From the NCBI GenBank assembly GCA_000995965.1, contig LBYD01000003.1:17713-81712 (forward strand): DNA of 64,000 nucleotides, in the 5' to 3' direction. Both the position numbers and the translations under genes were made by a program. Below the pieces are notes generated by a model. The model did not search any database. It had not been told where the DNA came from and saw nothing but the letters and a program-made list of their open reading frames with translations. This document shows, in pieces, positions 34,055 through 42,889 of the stretch; positions within the stretch are counted from its first letter, which is position 1, and the number at the start of each line of letters is the position of its first letter. Origin of the DNA: Candidatus Moranbacteria bacterium GW2011_GWC2_40_12 (GTDB taxonomy: Bacteria; Patescibacteriota; Minisyncoccia; Moranbacterales; UBA11712).

Positions 34055-36982
34055 CTATTTCAACACTTCCCTCAAAAACTTCCCCGTATAACTTTCCTTG
34101 TGATACTTCACCACTTCTTCCGGCGGGCCGGTGACCACCACGCGTCCGCCGTTGTCCCCGCCTTCCGGTCCGAGGTCAATGATCCAATCGGCCGTTTTGA
34201 TAACATCCATATTATGCTCTATCACAATGACAGTATTTCCCGCCTCCACCAAACGGTGCAAAACGTGCAAGAGTTTTTTTACGTCGTCGAAATGGAGTCC
34301 GGTTGTCGGCTCGTCCAAAATGTATAATGTATTTCCCGTCATCCGCCGCGAAAGTTCCGAAGCCAGCTTGATCCTCTGTGCTTCCCCGCCGGAAAGCGTC
34401 GTCGCCGCTTGCCCCAAATTGATATATCCGAGCCCCACTTCTTCAAGGACTTTCAGCGGATCATATATTCGCGGAAAGTTTTCAAAAAAATTCCTTCCTT
34501 CCGAAACCGTCATCGCGAGCACATCGGCGATATTTTTCCCTTTATATTTCACTTCCAGCGTCTCGCGGTTGTATCTTTTTCCCCGGCAAACATCGCAAGG
34601 AAGGAATACATCCGGCATAAACTGCATCTCAACTTTCAAAAATCCTTCTCCCCGGCAATTGTCGCATCGTCCGCCGTTCACGTTGAAGGAAAATCTCCCC
34701 GGGCCATAGCCGTGACGTTTGGCGTCTTTTGTCATCGCGAAAAGCTCCCGGATCAGCGTGAAAAAACCCACATATGTTGCCGGATTTGACCGCGGCGTGC
34801 GTCCGATCGGCGACTGGTCAATGTGAATCACTTTGTCAACGTATTGCGTTCCAAGAATTTCTTTGTGTCTGCCCGGCCTTTCAAGGCTTCTCATAATTTT
34901 TGCCGACAAACCTTTCCCCAAAATGTCTTCCACGAGTGTTGATTTTCCGGATCCGGAAACACCCGTCACGCAAGTCAATGTTTTCAGGGGAAATTCGACG
35001 CTAATATTCTTCAGATTATGTTCTGTCGCCCCTTTCACCGTCAGCCATTTTTTGTTTTTCACCGGCCGGCGGAATTTTGGTATTTCTATCTCGAGCTCCC
35101 CCCGCAAATATTTTCCTGTTATAGATTTTTTTTCTTTTTCAATATCTTTGACGGACCCTTCAGCCACAATTTCCCCGCCAAGTCTCCCCGCCCCCGGTCC
35201 AATATCCACCAAATGATCCGCGCTCCGAATCGTCTCTTCGTCGTGTTCAATCACGATGACCGTGTTGCCGATATCTCTCAATTTGAGCAGTGTTTCAAGT
35301 AATTTCGCATTATCCCGAGCATGAAGACCGACCGACGGTTCGTCAAGAATGTATAATACGCCGACCAGTTGAGAACCAATTTGCGACGCGAGGCGTATTC
35401 TTTGCGTCTCCCCTCCTGCCAGAGTGTTGGCCGAACGAGCTAGCGTCAAATATCCGAGTCCCACATCATCCAAAAATTTCAGGCGGTTTTTCACTTCTTT
35501 CAAAATTTTGTCCGCGATTATTTTTTCCCGCTCACTTAACTTTATACCCTCAAAAAATTTCAGCGTATCAGCAACGCTCACGCTGGAAATTTCTGAAATA
35601 TTTTTTCCTCCCACGGTGATGAGTAATGCCTCCGGTTTGTATCGCGATCCTTTGCAGGCCGGACATTTGCTCCGCGACATATATTTTTCAATGTCCTGCC
35701 GCACGCTTTCGGATTCGGTTTTGAAATAGCGATCCCGCATAAATCCCAAAATACCGTTCCACTCCACATTGAATTTCCAAATCGCTCCAGTCTTTGTTTT
35801 GAGACGAACTTCAATGTCATCCGGTTCTTCATCCCCAAAAAGCAAAATATTTTGTTGTTTTTCGCCGAGATCGCGAAAGCGGACATTGTCGGGAATGCGA
35901 TAATAGTTTGTGACAGCACGCAAAATCGAACCTTGATAGTTGTTCGGCTTGTAGCTCCAGGGCATGATTGCACCCTCAGTAATGGTCCGCGTTTTGTCGG
36001 GAATCACAAGATTCGGGTCGATCTCTTTTTTTGTGCCGAGTCCTTCGCATTCCAAACACGCTCCCTGCGGGCTATTGAATGAAAACAACCGCGGCTCGAT
36101 TTCCGGGAAAACGGCCTCTTCATGCTCCGGACAAGCCATATTCTGGTTGAAGATAATTTCTTCTGGATTCAACTTTGAGGAATTTGGCAAGGTTTGGCCT
36201 TGGGGAATTCCGAGAGCTCTGCTCGAGGAAGGAAAAGGCCGAACCTTAGCCAAGATTGATTTTGTTTTCATCTTAACTAACCCTTGCGAAAGTTTAAGCG
36301 CACTCTCCACACTTTCAAATATTCTCGACAAATTTTTGTCATTCACCTCAACCTCATCGATCTTCACGTCAATGCTGTGTTTTTTGTACCGCGCAAGGAT
36401 CAAGCCAAGCTTTGCTTTTTCCGTGAGATCGATCCTTTGGCTGTCGACAATAGCCTCCGAAAAACCGCGCTTGAACATTTCCCCCAAAAGCGTCGAATAT
36501 TCCCCTTTTCTTTCCCGCACCACCGGCGCAAGAATTTCAATTTTCGATCCTGTTCCGGCTTCCAGAATCCGATCCACAATCTCATCAATCGAAAGTTTTG
36601 AAATCACTTTTTTGCAAACGGGACAATGCGGAATGCCAATTTTGGCATAAAGCAGCCGCAAATAGTCGTGAATTTCCGTCACCGTCCCCACGGTCGAGCG
36701 CGGATTGTGGGATGATGCTTTTTGGTCAATTGAAATTGCCGGACTCAAGCCCTCGATGGAATCAACATCCGGTTTTTCCATCTGTCCCAAAAACTGCCGG
36801 GCATAGCTCGACAAACTCTCGAGATATCGCCTCTGCCCTTCGGCAAAAATAGTATCAAAAGCCAGCGTTGACTTCCCCGACCCGCTGATTCCAGTAAACA
36901 CAATAAACTTCCCCCGTGGCAGTTCAAGATTTATGTTCTTCAAATTATGCTCGCGCGCTCCGCGAATTATGATTTTATCCAT
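34055..36982 (-). CDS. uvrA: excinuclease ABC subunit A
   Basis: Two ABC ATPase modules (GISGSGKSTL, GVSGSGKSTL) and Zn-finger CxxC pairs. ~975 aa from ATG 36982; the track starts at TTG 36997. Confidence 0.95.
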   Translation of the reverse strand: MDKIIIRGAREHNLKNINLELPRGKFIVFTGISGSGKSTLAFDTIFAEGQRRYLESLSSYARQFLGQMEKPDVDSIEGLSPAISIDQKASSHNPRSTVGTVTEIHDYLRLLYAKIGIPHCPVCKKVISKLSIDEIVDRILEAGTGSKIEILAPVVRERKGEYSTLLGEMFKRGFSEAIVDSQRIDLTEKAKLGLILARYKKHSIDVKIDEVEVNDKNLSRIFESVESALKLSQGLVKMKTKSILAKVRPFPSSSRALGIPQGQTLPNSSKLNPEEIIFNQNMACPEHEEAVFPEIEPRLFSFNSPQGACLECEGLGTKKEIDPNLVIPDKTRTITEGAIMPWSYKPNNYQGSILRAVTNYYRIPDNVRFRDLGEKQQNILLFGDEEPDDIEVRLKTKTGAIWKFNVEWNGILGFMRDRYFKTESESVRQDIEKYMSRSKCPACKGSRYKPEALLITVGGKNISEISSVSVADTLKFFEGIKLSEREKIIADKILKEVKNRLKFLDDVGLGYLTLARSANTLAGGETQRIRLASQIGSQLVGVLYILDEPSVGLHARDNAKLLETLLKLRDIGNTVIVIEHDEETIRSADHLVDIGPGAGRLGGEIVAEGSVKDIEKEKKSITGKYLRGELEIEIPKFRRPVKNKKWLTVKGATEHNLKNISVEFPLKTLTCVTGVSGSGKSTLVEDILGKGLSAKIMRSLERPGRHKEILGTQYVDKVIHIDQSPIGRTPRSNPATYVGFFTLIRELFAMTKDAKRHGYGPGRFSFNVNGGRCDNCRGEGFLKVEMQFMPDVFLPCDVCRGKRYNRETLEVKYKGKNIADVLAMTVSEGRNFFENFPRIYDPLKVLEEVGLGYINLGQAATTLSGGEAQRIKLASELSRRMTGNTLYILDEPTTGLHFDDVKKLLHVLHRLVEAGNTVIVIEHNMDVIKTADWIIDLGPEGGDNGGRVVVTGPPEEVVKYHKESYTGKFLREVLK

Positions 36983-37185
36983 AACAATAACTCGCAAATA
37001 TAGAACGAATTTTTAACGAATGAGAGCGAACTTGCTAACACGTTTAGGTATTCGCTCCAATTCGCTTTTTTATTCGTTCCCCATTGGTGAGATTCTTGAA
37101 ATACAAAAACTTACCCCAAATTGGCATCTATACACCAGCCTATTTTGGTGCGGGGGTTTCACTAATATAATACTATTGAGTTAAT

Positions 37186-37218
37186 AAATCAATTTCAAAA
37201 AAGGGTGCACAATCATCT
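37186..37218 (-). terminator. rho-independent terminator of the 37263..37697 gene
   Basis: gggtgcacaatcatcttgtgtgcaccc hairpin with a U-run on the minus strand (plus-strand aaaaaa at 37186). Confidence 0.55.
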
Positions 37219-37262
37219 TGTGTGCACCCGCCTTCAGGTAAATATGCATCAACGTATTCGGT

Positions 37263-37697
37263 TTAAACCACAACCGGCAGCATCCGGTTGAATGCGTCAC
37301 TGCACATGCCGTCCCATTCCTCCTTTTCTCGATGCCCGATTTTACTCCAAGGCGGAAAATTAAGAGTGTCAAACGACGTCCACACTCTTCTCTCCCAGGG
37401 GGTTGCCGGAATAAACTCCGGCGTTGGCATTCCGAACGATGCATACATGGCCTGACCCGGTCCGCCATTTCTATTCATACCCGCGAGGATATAAATCCGT
37501 TTGGATATATAGATCAGATCACCCACAACTACATCGCCATTTTTCCACGCTTTAAGTAGTCGGTTATACCCGGAGCCACTTGTAATGGGCTCTACGTATC
37601 CGCTCCTTAAAGCCACATCCCTGAGCCATGTGAAAAATTTTACCTTTAAATATGCAATTCTTTCCCTAACCGATATTCTCCTTTTCCTCGCCCCCAT
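37263..37697 (-). CDS. hypothetical protein, GC-atypical (about 48% GC), inserted between uvrA and uvrB
   Basis: 144-aa ORF with a strong SD aaggagg 6 nt before the ATG and its own terminator. Composition is distinct from the flanking genes. Confidence 0.55.
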   Translation of the reverse strand: MGARKRRISVRERIAYLKVKFFTWLRDVALRSGYVEPITSGSGYNRLLKAWKNGDVVVGDLIYISKRIYILAGMNRNGGPGQAMYASFGMPTPEFIPATPWERRVWTSFDTLNFPPWSKIGHREKEEWDGMCSDAFNRMLPVVV

Positions 37698-37772
37698 ATT
37701 GGGCCTCCTTAATGGGATTGTTTTGCAAATTCATTAATTAAAAAATAACAGAGTTTGATAAAAATTACAATC

Positions 37773-39776
37773 TCACCCCATCTGCAATTTCCGGAGCTGG
37801 ATTATCTCATCTCGAATCACCGCCGCTTTTTCGAATTCCATGTTTCGGGCGGCGGTTTTCATTTCCGCTTCTTTTTGCTTGATATATCCGGCGATGTCTT
37901 CGAGCGATTCCAGTTTCACGAATTCGCGCGGAATTTCGGGCTTGAGTTCGTGGTCAACGATGGATTCGATTTTTTTCTTGATCGTTTTAGGAGTGATGCG
38001 ATGTTTTTTGTTGTATTTTGTCTGCGTCGCGCGACGGCGGTTGGTTTCATCGATCGCCCGTTTCATCGAACCGGTAACATGGTCAGCGTATAAGATTACC
38101 CGTCCGGAAATATTCCTCGCCGCGCGGCCAATTGTTTGGACAAGTGAAGTTTCGGATCTCAAAAAGCCTTCTTTGTCGGCGTCGAGTATCGCGACAAGTG
38201 ACACTTCCGGAAGATCAAGACCTTCCCGCAGAAGATTCACCCCGACAAGCACATCGAATTTTCCACGCCGTAAATTTTCCAAAATACGAACCCGGTCCAT
38301 CGTGTCCACACCCGAATGCAAGTATTCTGACTTTATCTCGTTTTCTTTCAAAAATTCCGCGAGGTCTTCGGCCATTTTTTTCGTCAAAGTTGTAACCAAC
38401 ACTCTCTCTTTTTTATCTACCACTTTTGTAATTTCCGCTATAACATCTTTAACCTGGCCTTTTGCGGATTTAATAACCAATTCCGGATCGATAAGGCCCG
38501 TCGGCCTGATAATTTGCTCGACAACGCCGCTCTTTTTGGAAACTAAGTTTCCACTTGGAAACTTAGTTTCCAAGTTTTTTGCCAACTCATATTTTCCCGG
38601 TGTGGCTGATGTAAATATTACTTGGTTTATCTTTTCCTCAAACTCTGAAAATTTCAGCGGCCGGTTGTCATAAGCGCTCGGGAGCCGGAAACCATTATCA
38701 ATCAATGTTTTTTTCCGGGCGTGATCTCCGTTATACATCGCGTTGAGCTGGGGTACTGTCACGTGCGATTCATCGATAACGATCAGAAAATCTTTGCTGA
38801 AATAATCAACGAGAGTATACGGCGGCTCCCCCGCTTTTCGTCCCGTGAGATAGCGGGAATAATTTTCTATTCCATTGCAATATCCAATTTCCCTCATCAT
38901 CTCAAGATCCTGCTTTGTCCGGCGATATATTCTCTCCGCTTCGAGCAATTTTTTGTGTTTTTTGAAATATGCCACTCGCTCATTCAGTTCTTTTTCAATT
39001 TCCGAAAGCGCTTCTTCCATCACCGGTTCCGGCACGACAAAATGCTTGGCGGGATAGATCAAAACTTTTTCCAAATTTCCCAGCGCCTCGCCCGTCAAAA
39101 AGTCATATTCGCTGATTTTTCCAATTTTATCCTCTTTCAACTCTATACGCGTCACGATTTCTCTGGATGGCGACATGATTTCAATCGTGTCCCCGTGAGC
39201 ACGAAATCTTCCGCGGGACAAATATTCCGAGCGAAGAAAATGCATCTCCGCCAGATCAGAAATCAATTTTTCCCGGTCGATTGCCTCTCCCATCTTGAGA
39301 CTCAACGAAATATCCTCATAGAATTCGGGCGACCCGAGACCGTATATGCACGAAACGGAGGCGACAATGACCACGTCCTTCCGCGACATCACCGCCATCG
39401 TCGCCGCGTGACGCAAGCGGTCAATCTCGTCATTTATCTGGGATTCTTTTTCGATATAGGTGTCGGATGCGGCAATATAGGCTTCCGGTTGGTAGTAGTC
39501 ATAGTAGGAAACGAAATATTCCACCGCGTTTTTGGGAAAAAAAGTTCGAAATTCCTGAGCGAGTTGCGCCGCGAGCGTCTTGTTCGGCGCAATGACGAGC
39601 GTGGGTTTTTGGATATTCTCAATCACATTCGCCATCGTGAAAGTCTTTCCCGACCCCGTCACGCCGAGAAGAGTTTGGAATTTATTTCCCTGCTTCAAAC
39701 CAGCGGTCAACTCTTTGATTGCTTTGGGCTGGTCGCCATCGGGTTTGAACTTGGCACTTATCTTAAATTTACCCAT
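37773..39776 (-). CDS. uvrB: excinuclease ABC subunit B
   Basis: 667 aa. Helicase motifs GVTGSGKT and DESH, and a C-terminal UVR domain. Confidence 0.95.
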   Translation of the reverse strand: MGKFKISAKFKPDGDQPKAIKELTAGLKQGNKFQTLLGVTGSGKTFTMANVIENIQKPTLVIAPNKTLAAQLAQEFRTFFPKNAVEYFVSYYDYYQPEAYIAASDTYIEKESQINDEIDRLRHAATMAVMSRKDVVIVASVSCIYGLGSPEFYEDISLSLKMGEAIDREKLISDLAEMHFLRSEYLSRGRFRAHGDTIEIMSPSREIVTRIELKEDKIGKISEYDFLTGEALGNLEKVLIYPAKHFVVPEPVMEEALSEIEKELNERVAYFKKHKKLLEAERIYRRTKQDLEMMREIGYCNGIENYSRYLTGRKAGEPPYTLVDYFSKDFLIVIDESHVTVPQLNAMYNGDHARKKTLIDNGFRLPSAYDNRPLKFSEFEEKINQVIFTSATPGKYELAKNLETKFPSGNLVSKKSGVVEQIIRPTGLIDPELVIKSAKGQVKDVIAEITKVVDKKERVLVTTLTKKMAEDLAEFLKENEIKSEYLHSGVDTMDRVRILENLRRGKFDVLVGVNLLREGLDLPEVSLVAILDADKEGFLRSETSLVQTIGRAARNISGRVILYADHVTGSMKRAIDETNRRRATQTKYNKKHRITPKTIKKKIESIVDHELKPEIPREFVKLESLEDIAGYIKQKEAEMKTAARNMEFEKAAVIRDEIIQLRKLQMG

Positions 39777-39835
39777 TATTTTTTTATAGTAAACTAGATT
39801 ACTTTTACAGAGCTAACATATCAATCAACTTTCAG

Positions 39836-39871
39836 TATACTAGTATAATGAAAGTTGATATTTTATTGCTT
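39836..39871. promoter_or_regulatory. 36-bp perfect-arm palindrome upstream of uvrB (candidate operator)
   Basis: atcaactttca gtatactagtataa tgaaagttgat: 11-bp inverted arms around an internally palindromic spacer, about 60 bp upstream of the uvrB ATG. Confidence 0.4.
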
Positions 39872-40000
39872 GGCAAGACTGTTTTTTGGTTTGATAAGCA
39901 AAATCAATGTTCAATAATTATATACGCAAAAAATGAAATAGTCCACCATTGAAAAGAAGCGCAGTATTTCACCGCGCCTCTTCGAAATTCGCTGCAAAGG

Positions 40001-40564
40001 TTAAGGACCAAATAGTCCCATATCCTTTAGTTTTCGGATTTGAGCCGCAACCTCAAATACATCGAGGCCTTCTTTTTGAAGATACTTCTTCACCTCCTCC
40101 TCTGATTCGAAGAAGTATCTTTTCCAATTAAAGGACCAGTATACGGCTACACAGCCCAGCATCCATACCCACGCCAGAGTAAAGGCACGCAGATTGTGGA
40201 TAGTCTGAGGCAATAATCCGGCATCGGCTTTGAAGCTCTCATAAATGAGTTCAAAGAGCAAGAAAGCCACCAATCCTGGAACCAGCAGAAGACGAGCACG
40301 CACTTTGAAGACTTTCAGGGCGCACAATGAGATATAGTATGAAAGCCCTTGTTTCTTGCTCAATTGCAAATATCCCCAGGTTCCCTGTCCTTGAATCACG
40401 CTCAAACTTAGCATGACGCTTTTGTAAATCAGCAGGGATGAGATTGTGACGCTGCAAACAGCCAATTCCAAATCGCAGTTGTAGAAAAAGAATATCGCAA
40501 AACCTCCGATTACCATTGACGGCAGCAGCAAAAACTTGCCCCGATCCTCATTCTTAGCTGACAT
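40001..40564 (-). CDS. integral membrane protein, hypothetical
   Basis: 187 aa with about 5 TM helices and an ATG start. Confidence 0.55.
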   Translation of the reverse strand: MSAKNEDRGKFLLLPSMVIGGFAIFFFYNCDLELAVCSVTISSLLIYKSVMLSLSVIQGQGTWGYLQLSKKQGLSYYISLCALKVFKVRARLLLVPGLVAFLLFELIYESFKADAGLLPQTIHNLRAFTLAWVWMLGCVAVYWSFNWKRYFFESEEEVKKYLQKEGLDVFEVAAQIRKLKDMGLFGP

Positions 40565-40702
40565 ATTTCCTCCTATAAATTGATGTCATGGAAATCACGA
40601 TAAAAAGAGACACTTAAGAGTAGTAGATATCAACGGAAATGTCAATAATAATCTAATCAGGAGACAATTTACATAAGTTACAAATAGTGATATAGTGATA
40701 GT

Positions 40703-41848
40703 ATGTTCAAACGCGGAATTGCCACATTTACCCTCGATTATGGCAAATGTCCCAAATGGCTTTTTGAGCGTATGGTGAAATTGGGACGGGAGATGGCGCG
40801 GGTGATCATTGCAGAATATGGGCCGGATGAATTTGTGAAGCGGATTGCCGATCCGGTCTGGTTTCAGGCGCTCGGAACGGTGCTCGCTTTTGACTGGAAC
40901 GCTTCGGGATTGACGACCATTCTCACCGCCGCCCTCAAGGAAGCCATCCGCGGCGAAGAGAGAGATCTTGGAATTTATATTTGCGGAGGGAAAGGAAAAA
41001 CATCCCTCAAAACTCCGGAGCAAATTTCCCTTTTTGGCGCACGGGCCGAGCTGCCGCAGGAAAAAATAAATTCGCTCGAATATAACTCGCGAATGGCGGC
41101 GAAAGTTGATTCTTCCCTTGTCCAGGATGGATTCCAGATTTATCATCACTCATTCTTCTTTTCCCGCAACGGCGTTTGGGCGGTTGTTCAGCAAGGCATG
41201 AACGAAAGAGAAGTCACGGCGCGAAGATATCACTGGTTTTCGGACACCGCCAAGAATCTTATCATGGAGCCGCACAGTGGAATCATCTCCGACGGACAGC
41301 ACACAGGCCTCAATATGGCCGCCAAAGAAAGCGCTAACACGCAAAAAATTTCGACGGAGCTCGTGCAAGGAAGCTATTCGACCTTGCTTAAGGATCTTAA
41401 GTTGCTTAGGAAATATAGTACGCCGCAAAGCGAAGTCGTTGCCATCGGCGACAAACACAACGAATCAGTGAATCTCAAATTGCACGATCGTGATTTCAAA
41501 GTTCTGCCCGTTGTCACGGAAGATTTCGCGAAAAGCAAATACTTGCAAAAAATTTTATACGAAGTTTCTGAAATAAAACCGAAAAATTACGAGCAATTAC
41601 TTTCGCTAAAAGGCGTCGGGCCAAAAACAATTCGGGCGCTGGCTCTCACCGCCGAAGTGATTTACGGCGCGAAAGCGTCATATGAGGATCCCGCCCGCTA
41701 TTCTTTTGCCCACGGCGGAAAGGACTTTGTCCCCTACCCCGTTGACCGGCTGACCTACGATCAGACCATCCAAACCATGCAAAAACTTGTGGAAAAAATG
41801 AAAATTGGCTATTCTGAAAGAAATAAGATAATGGATCGCATAATATGA
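40703..41848 (+). CDS. DUF763-like protein with C-terminal helix-hairpin-helix motif
   Basis: N-terminal FTLDYGKCPKWLFERMVKLGREMA resembles DUF763 N-termini. HhH LLSLKGVGPKTIRALAL. Confidence 0.5.
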   Translation: MFKRGIATFTLDYGKCPKWLFERMVKLGREMARVIIAEYGPDEFVKRIADPVWFQALGTVLAFDWNASGLTTILTAALKEAIRGEERDLGIYICGGKGKTSLKTPEQISLFGARAELPQEKINSLEYNSRMAAKVDSSLVQDGFQIYHHSFFFSRNGVWAVVQQGMNEREVTARRYHWFSDTAKNLIMEPHSGIISDGQHTGLNMAAKESANTQKISTELVQGSYSTLLKDLKLLRKYSTPQSEVVAIGDKHNESVNLKLHDRDFKVLPVVTEDFAKSKYLQKILYEVSEIKPKNYEQLLSLKGVGPKTIRALALTAEVIYGAKASYEDPARYSFAHGGKDFVPYPVDRLTYDQTIQTMQKLVEKMKIGYSERNKIMDRII

Positions 41849-42474
41849 GCCAGGGAGACATTGAAAACCCATTCCGGAAAAAAGGAGGAGACCCGCAAAT
41901 GGGAAAGAAAAAGGATAGGATTTTCACCGACGAGGATGTTTCACTCTTAAACGAAATGGTAAAAATAGCCGTGCGTATTCTAAGAAACAAGGGGGTCAGC
42001 GTTGAACACCCCGAATTTCAAGAACGCAAGAAAGAAGTTATCGGTATTGTTTTTGGAATCACGGAAATAAGCTCCAAGGAGGAACAGGACCGTTTCTGGG
42101 GAAGTTTGGCCAGACGTATCGAAAATACGATTTCAATTTCCCCGGAAGAGCACTTCCGCCGGAAGCGTGCAAGGGAGCTAAAAGATTCTTTCGACCAGCC
42201 GGAAAACGAAAGGACCCGAGAACAGTTGGACAAGGCAAGAAGTATCGTCCTTGAAAAAAGAGGCAAAGGAAGAAAAAAGGCAAAAGTTGACGCGGCCATG
42301 ATTCGGGACGCGGTACATTTAGCGCTGAAGGATTACAAATTTTCCGGAGCAAAGATGAGAGAGGCCGCTGCCAACGTTCTGAAATATTATTTGTGCGCCG
42401 ATTATATGATTCAAACTGACGATCCTAATCTAAAAAGATTATCGGATCCGTCTCGACAAAGAGACCTCTTCTGA
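41845..42474 (+). CDS. hypothetical protein, translationally coupled to the DUF763-like gene
   Basis: ATGA start/stop overlap. 209 aa, charged. Confidence 0.55.
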   Translation: MSQGDIENPFRKKGGDPQMGKKKDRIFTDEDVSLLNEMVKIAVRILRNKGVSVEHPEFQERKKEVIGIVFGITEISSKEEQDRFWGSLARRIENTISISPEEHFRRKRARELKDSFDQPENERTREQLDKARSIVLEKRGKGRKKAKVDAAMIRDAVHLALKDYKFSGAKMREAAANVLKYYLCADYMIQTDDPNLKRLSDPSRQRDLF

Positions 42475-42493
42475 AGACTAAATTGCTGAATAA

Positions 42494-42531
42494 TCAGCCG
42501 CCTTGGCGTTGCCCAGGCGGTTTTCTTTTTT
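42494..42531 (+). terminator. rho-independent terminator
   Basis: ccgccttggcgttgcccaggcgg hairpin followed by ttttctttttt. A second hairpin with a T-run follows at ~42545-42580. Confidence 0.55.
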
Positions 42532-42756
42532 CAAACGACAAAAAACCAGCCAATTCAATAGGCCGGTTTTTTGATTATAAATAGCCATTTTTGCTATTTA
42601 CCCTGCCACTAAACCGTTGGAGAAGTCTCCACCGGAGGAACTTCCGGAGTCGGTTCCGCTGGAGGAGCCATTGGAGCTTCCGGAGCAGCCGGAGCTTCAG
42701 TTGTTTCTTCTCCTCCCATCGGAGTTGTTGTTTCGTCAGTCATAACGATATAAGTT

Positions 42757-42885
42757 AAAAATTAAAAAATCAAAATGAAAAATGACAATGCAAAGTGTTA
42801 AAATCGACTGGCGCTAAAATAATTATAGCATTCAAAACACTTTTTTATTTTTAATTGTCACTTTTACTTTTGATATTTACGCTTT
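42757..42885. repeat. heptad-periodic palindromic element (ATGNAAA/CAAAATG variant)
   Basis: aaaatcaaaatgaaaaatgacaatg ... aattgtcacttttacttttgatattt. Sits downstream of the ATPase gene. Confidence 0.65.
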
Positions 42886-42889
42886 AAAT

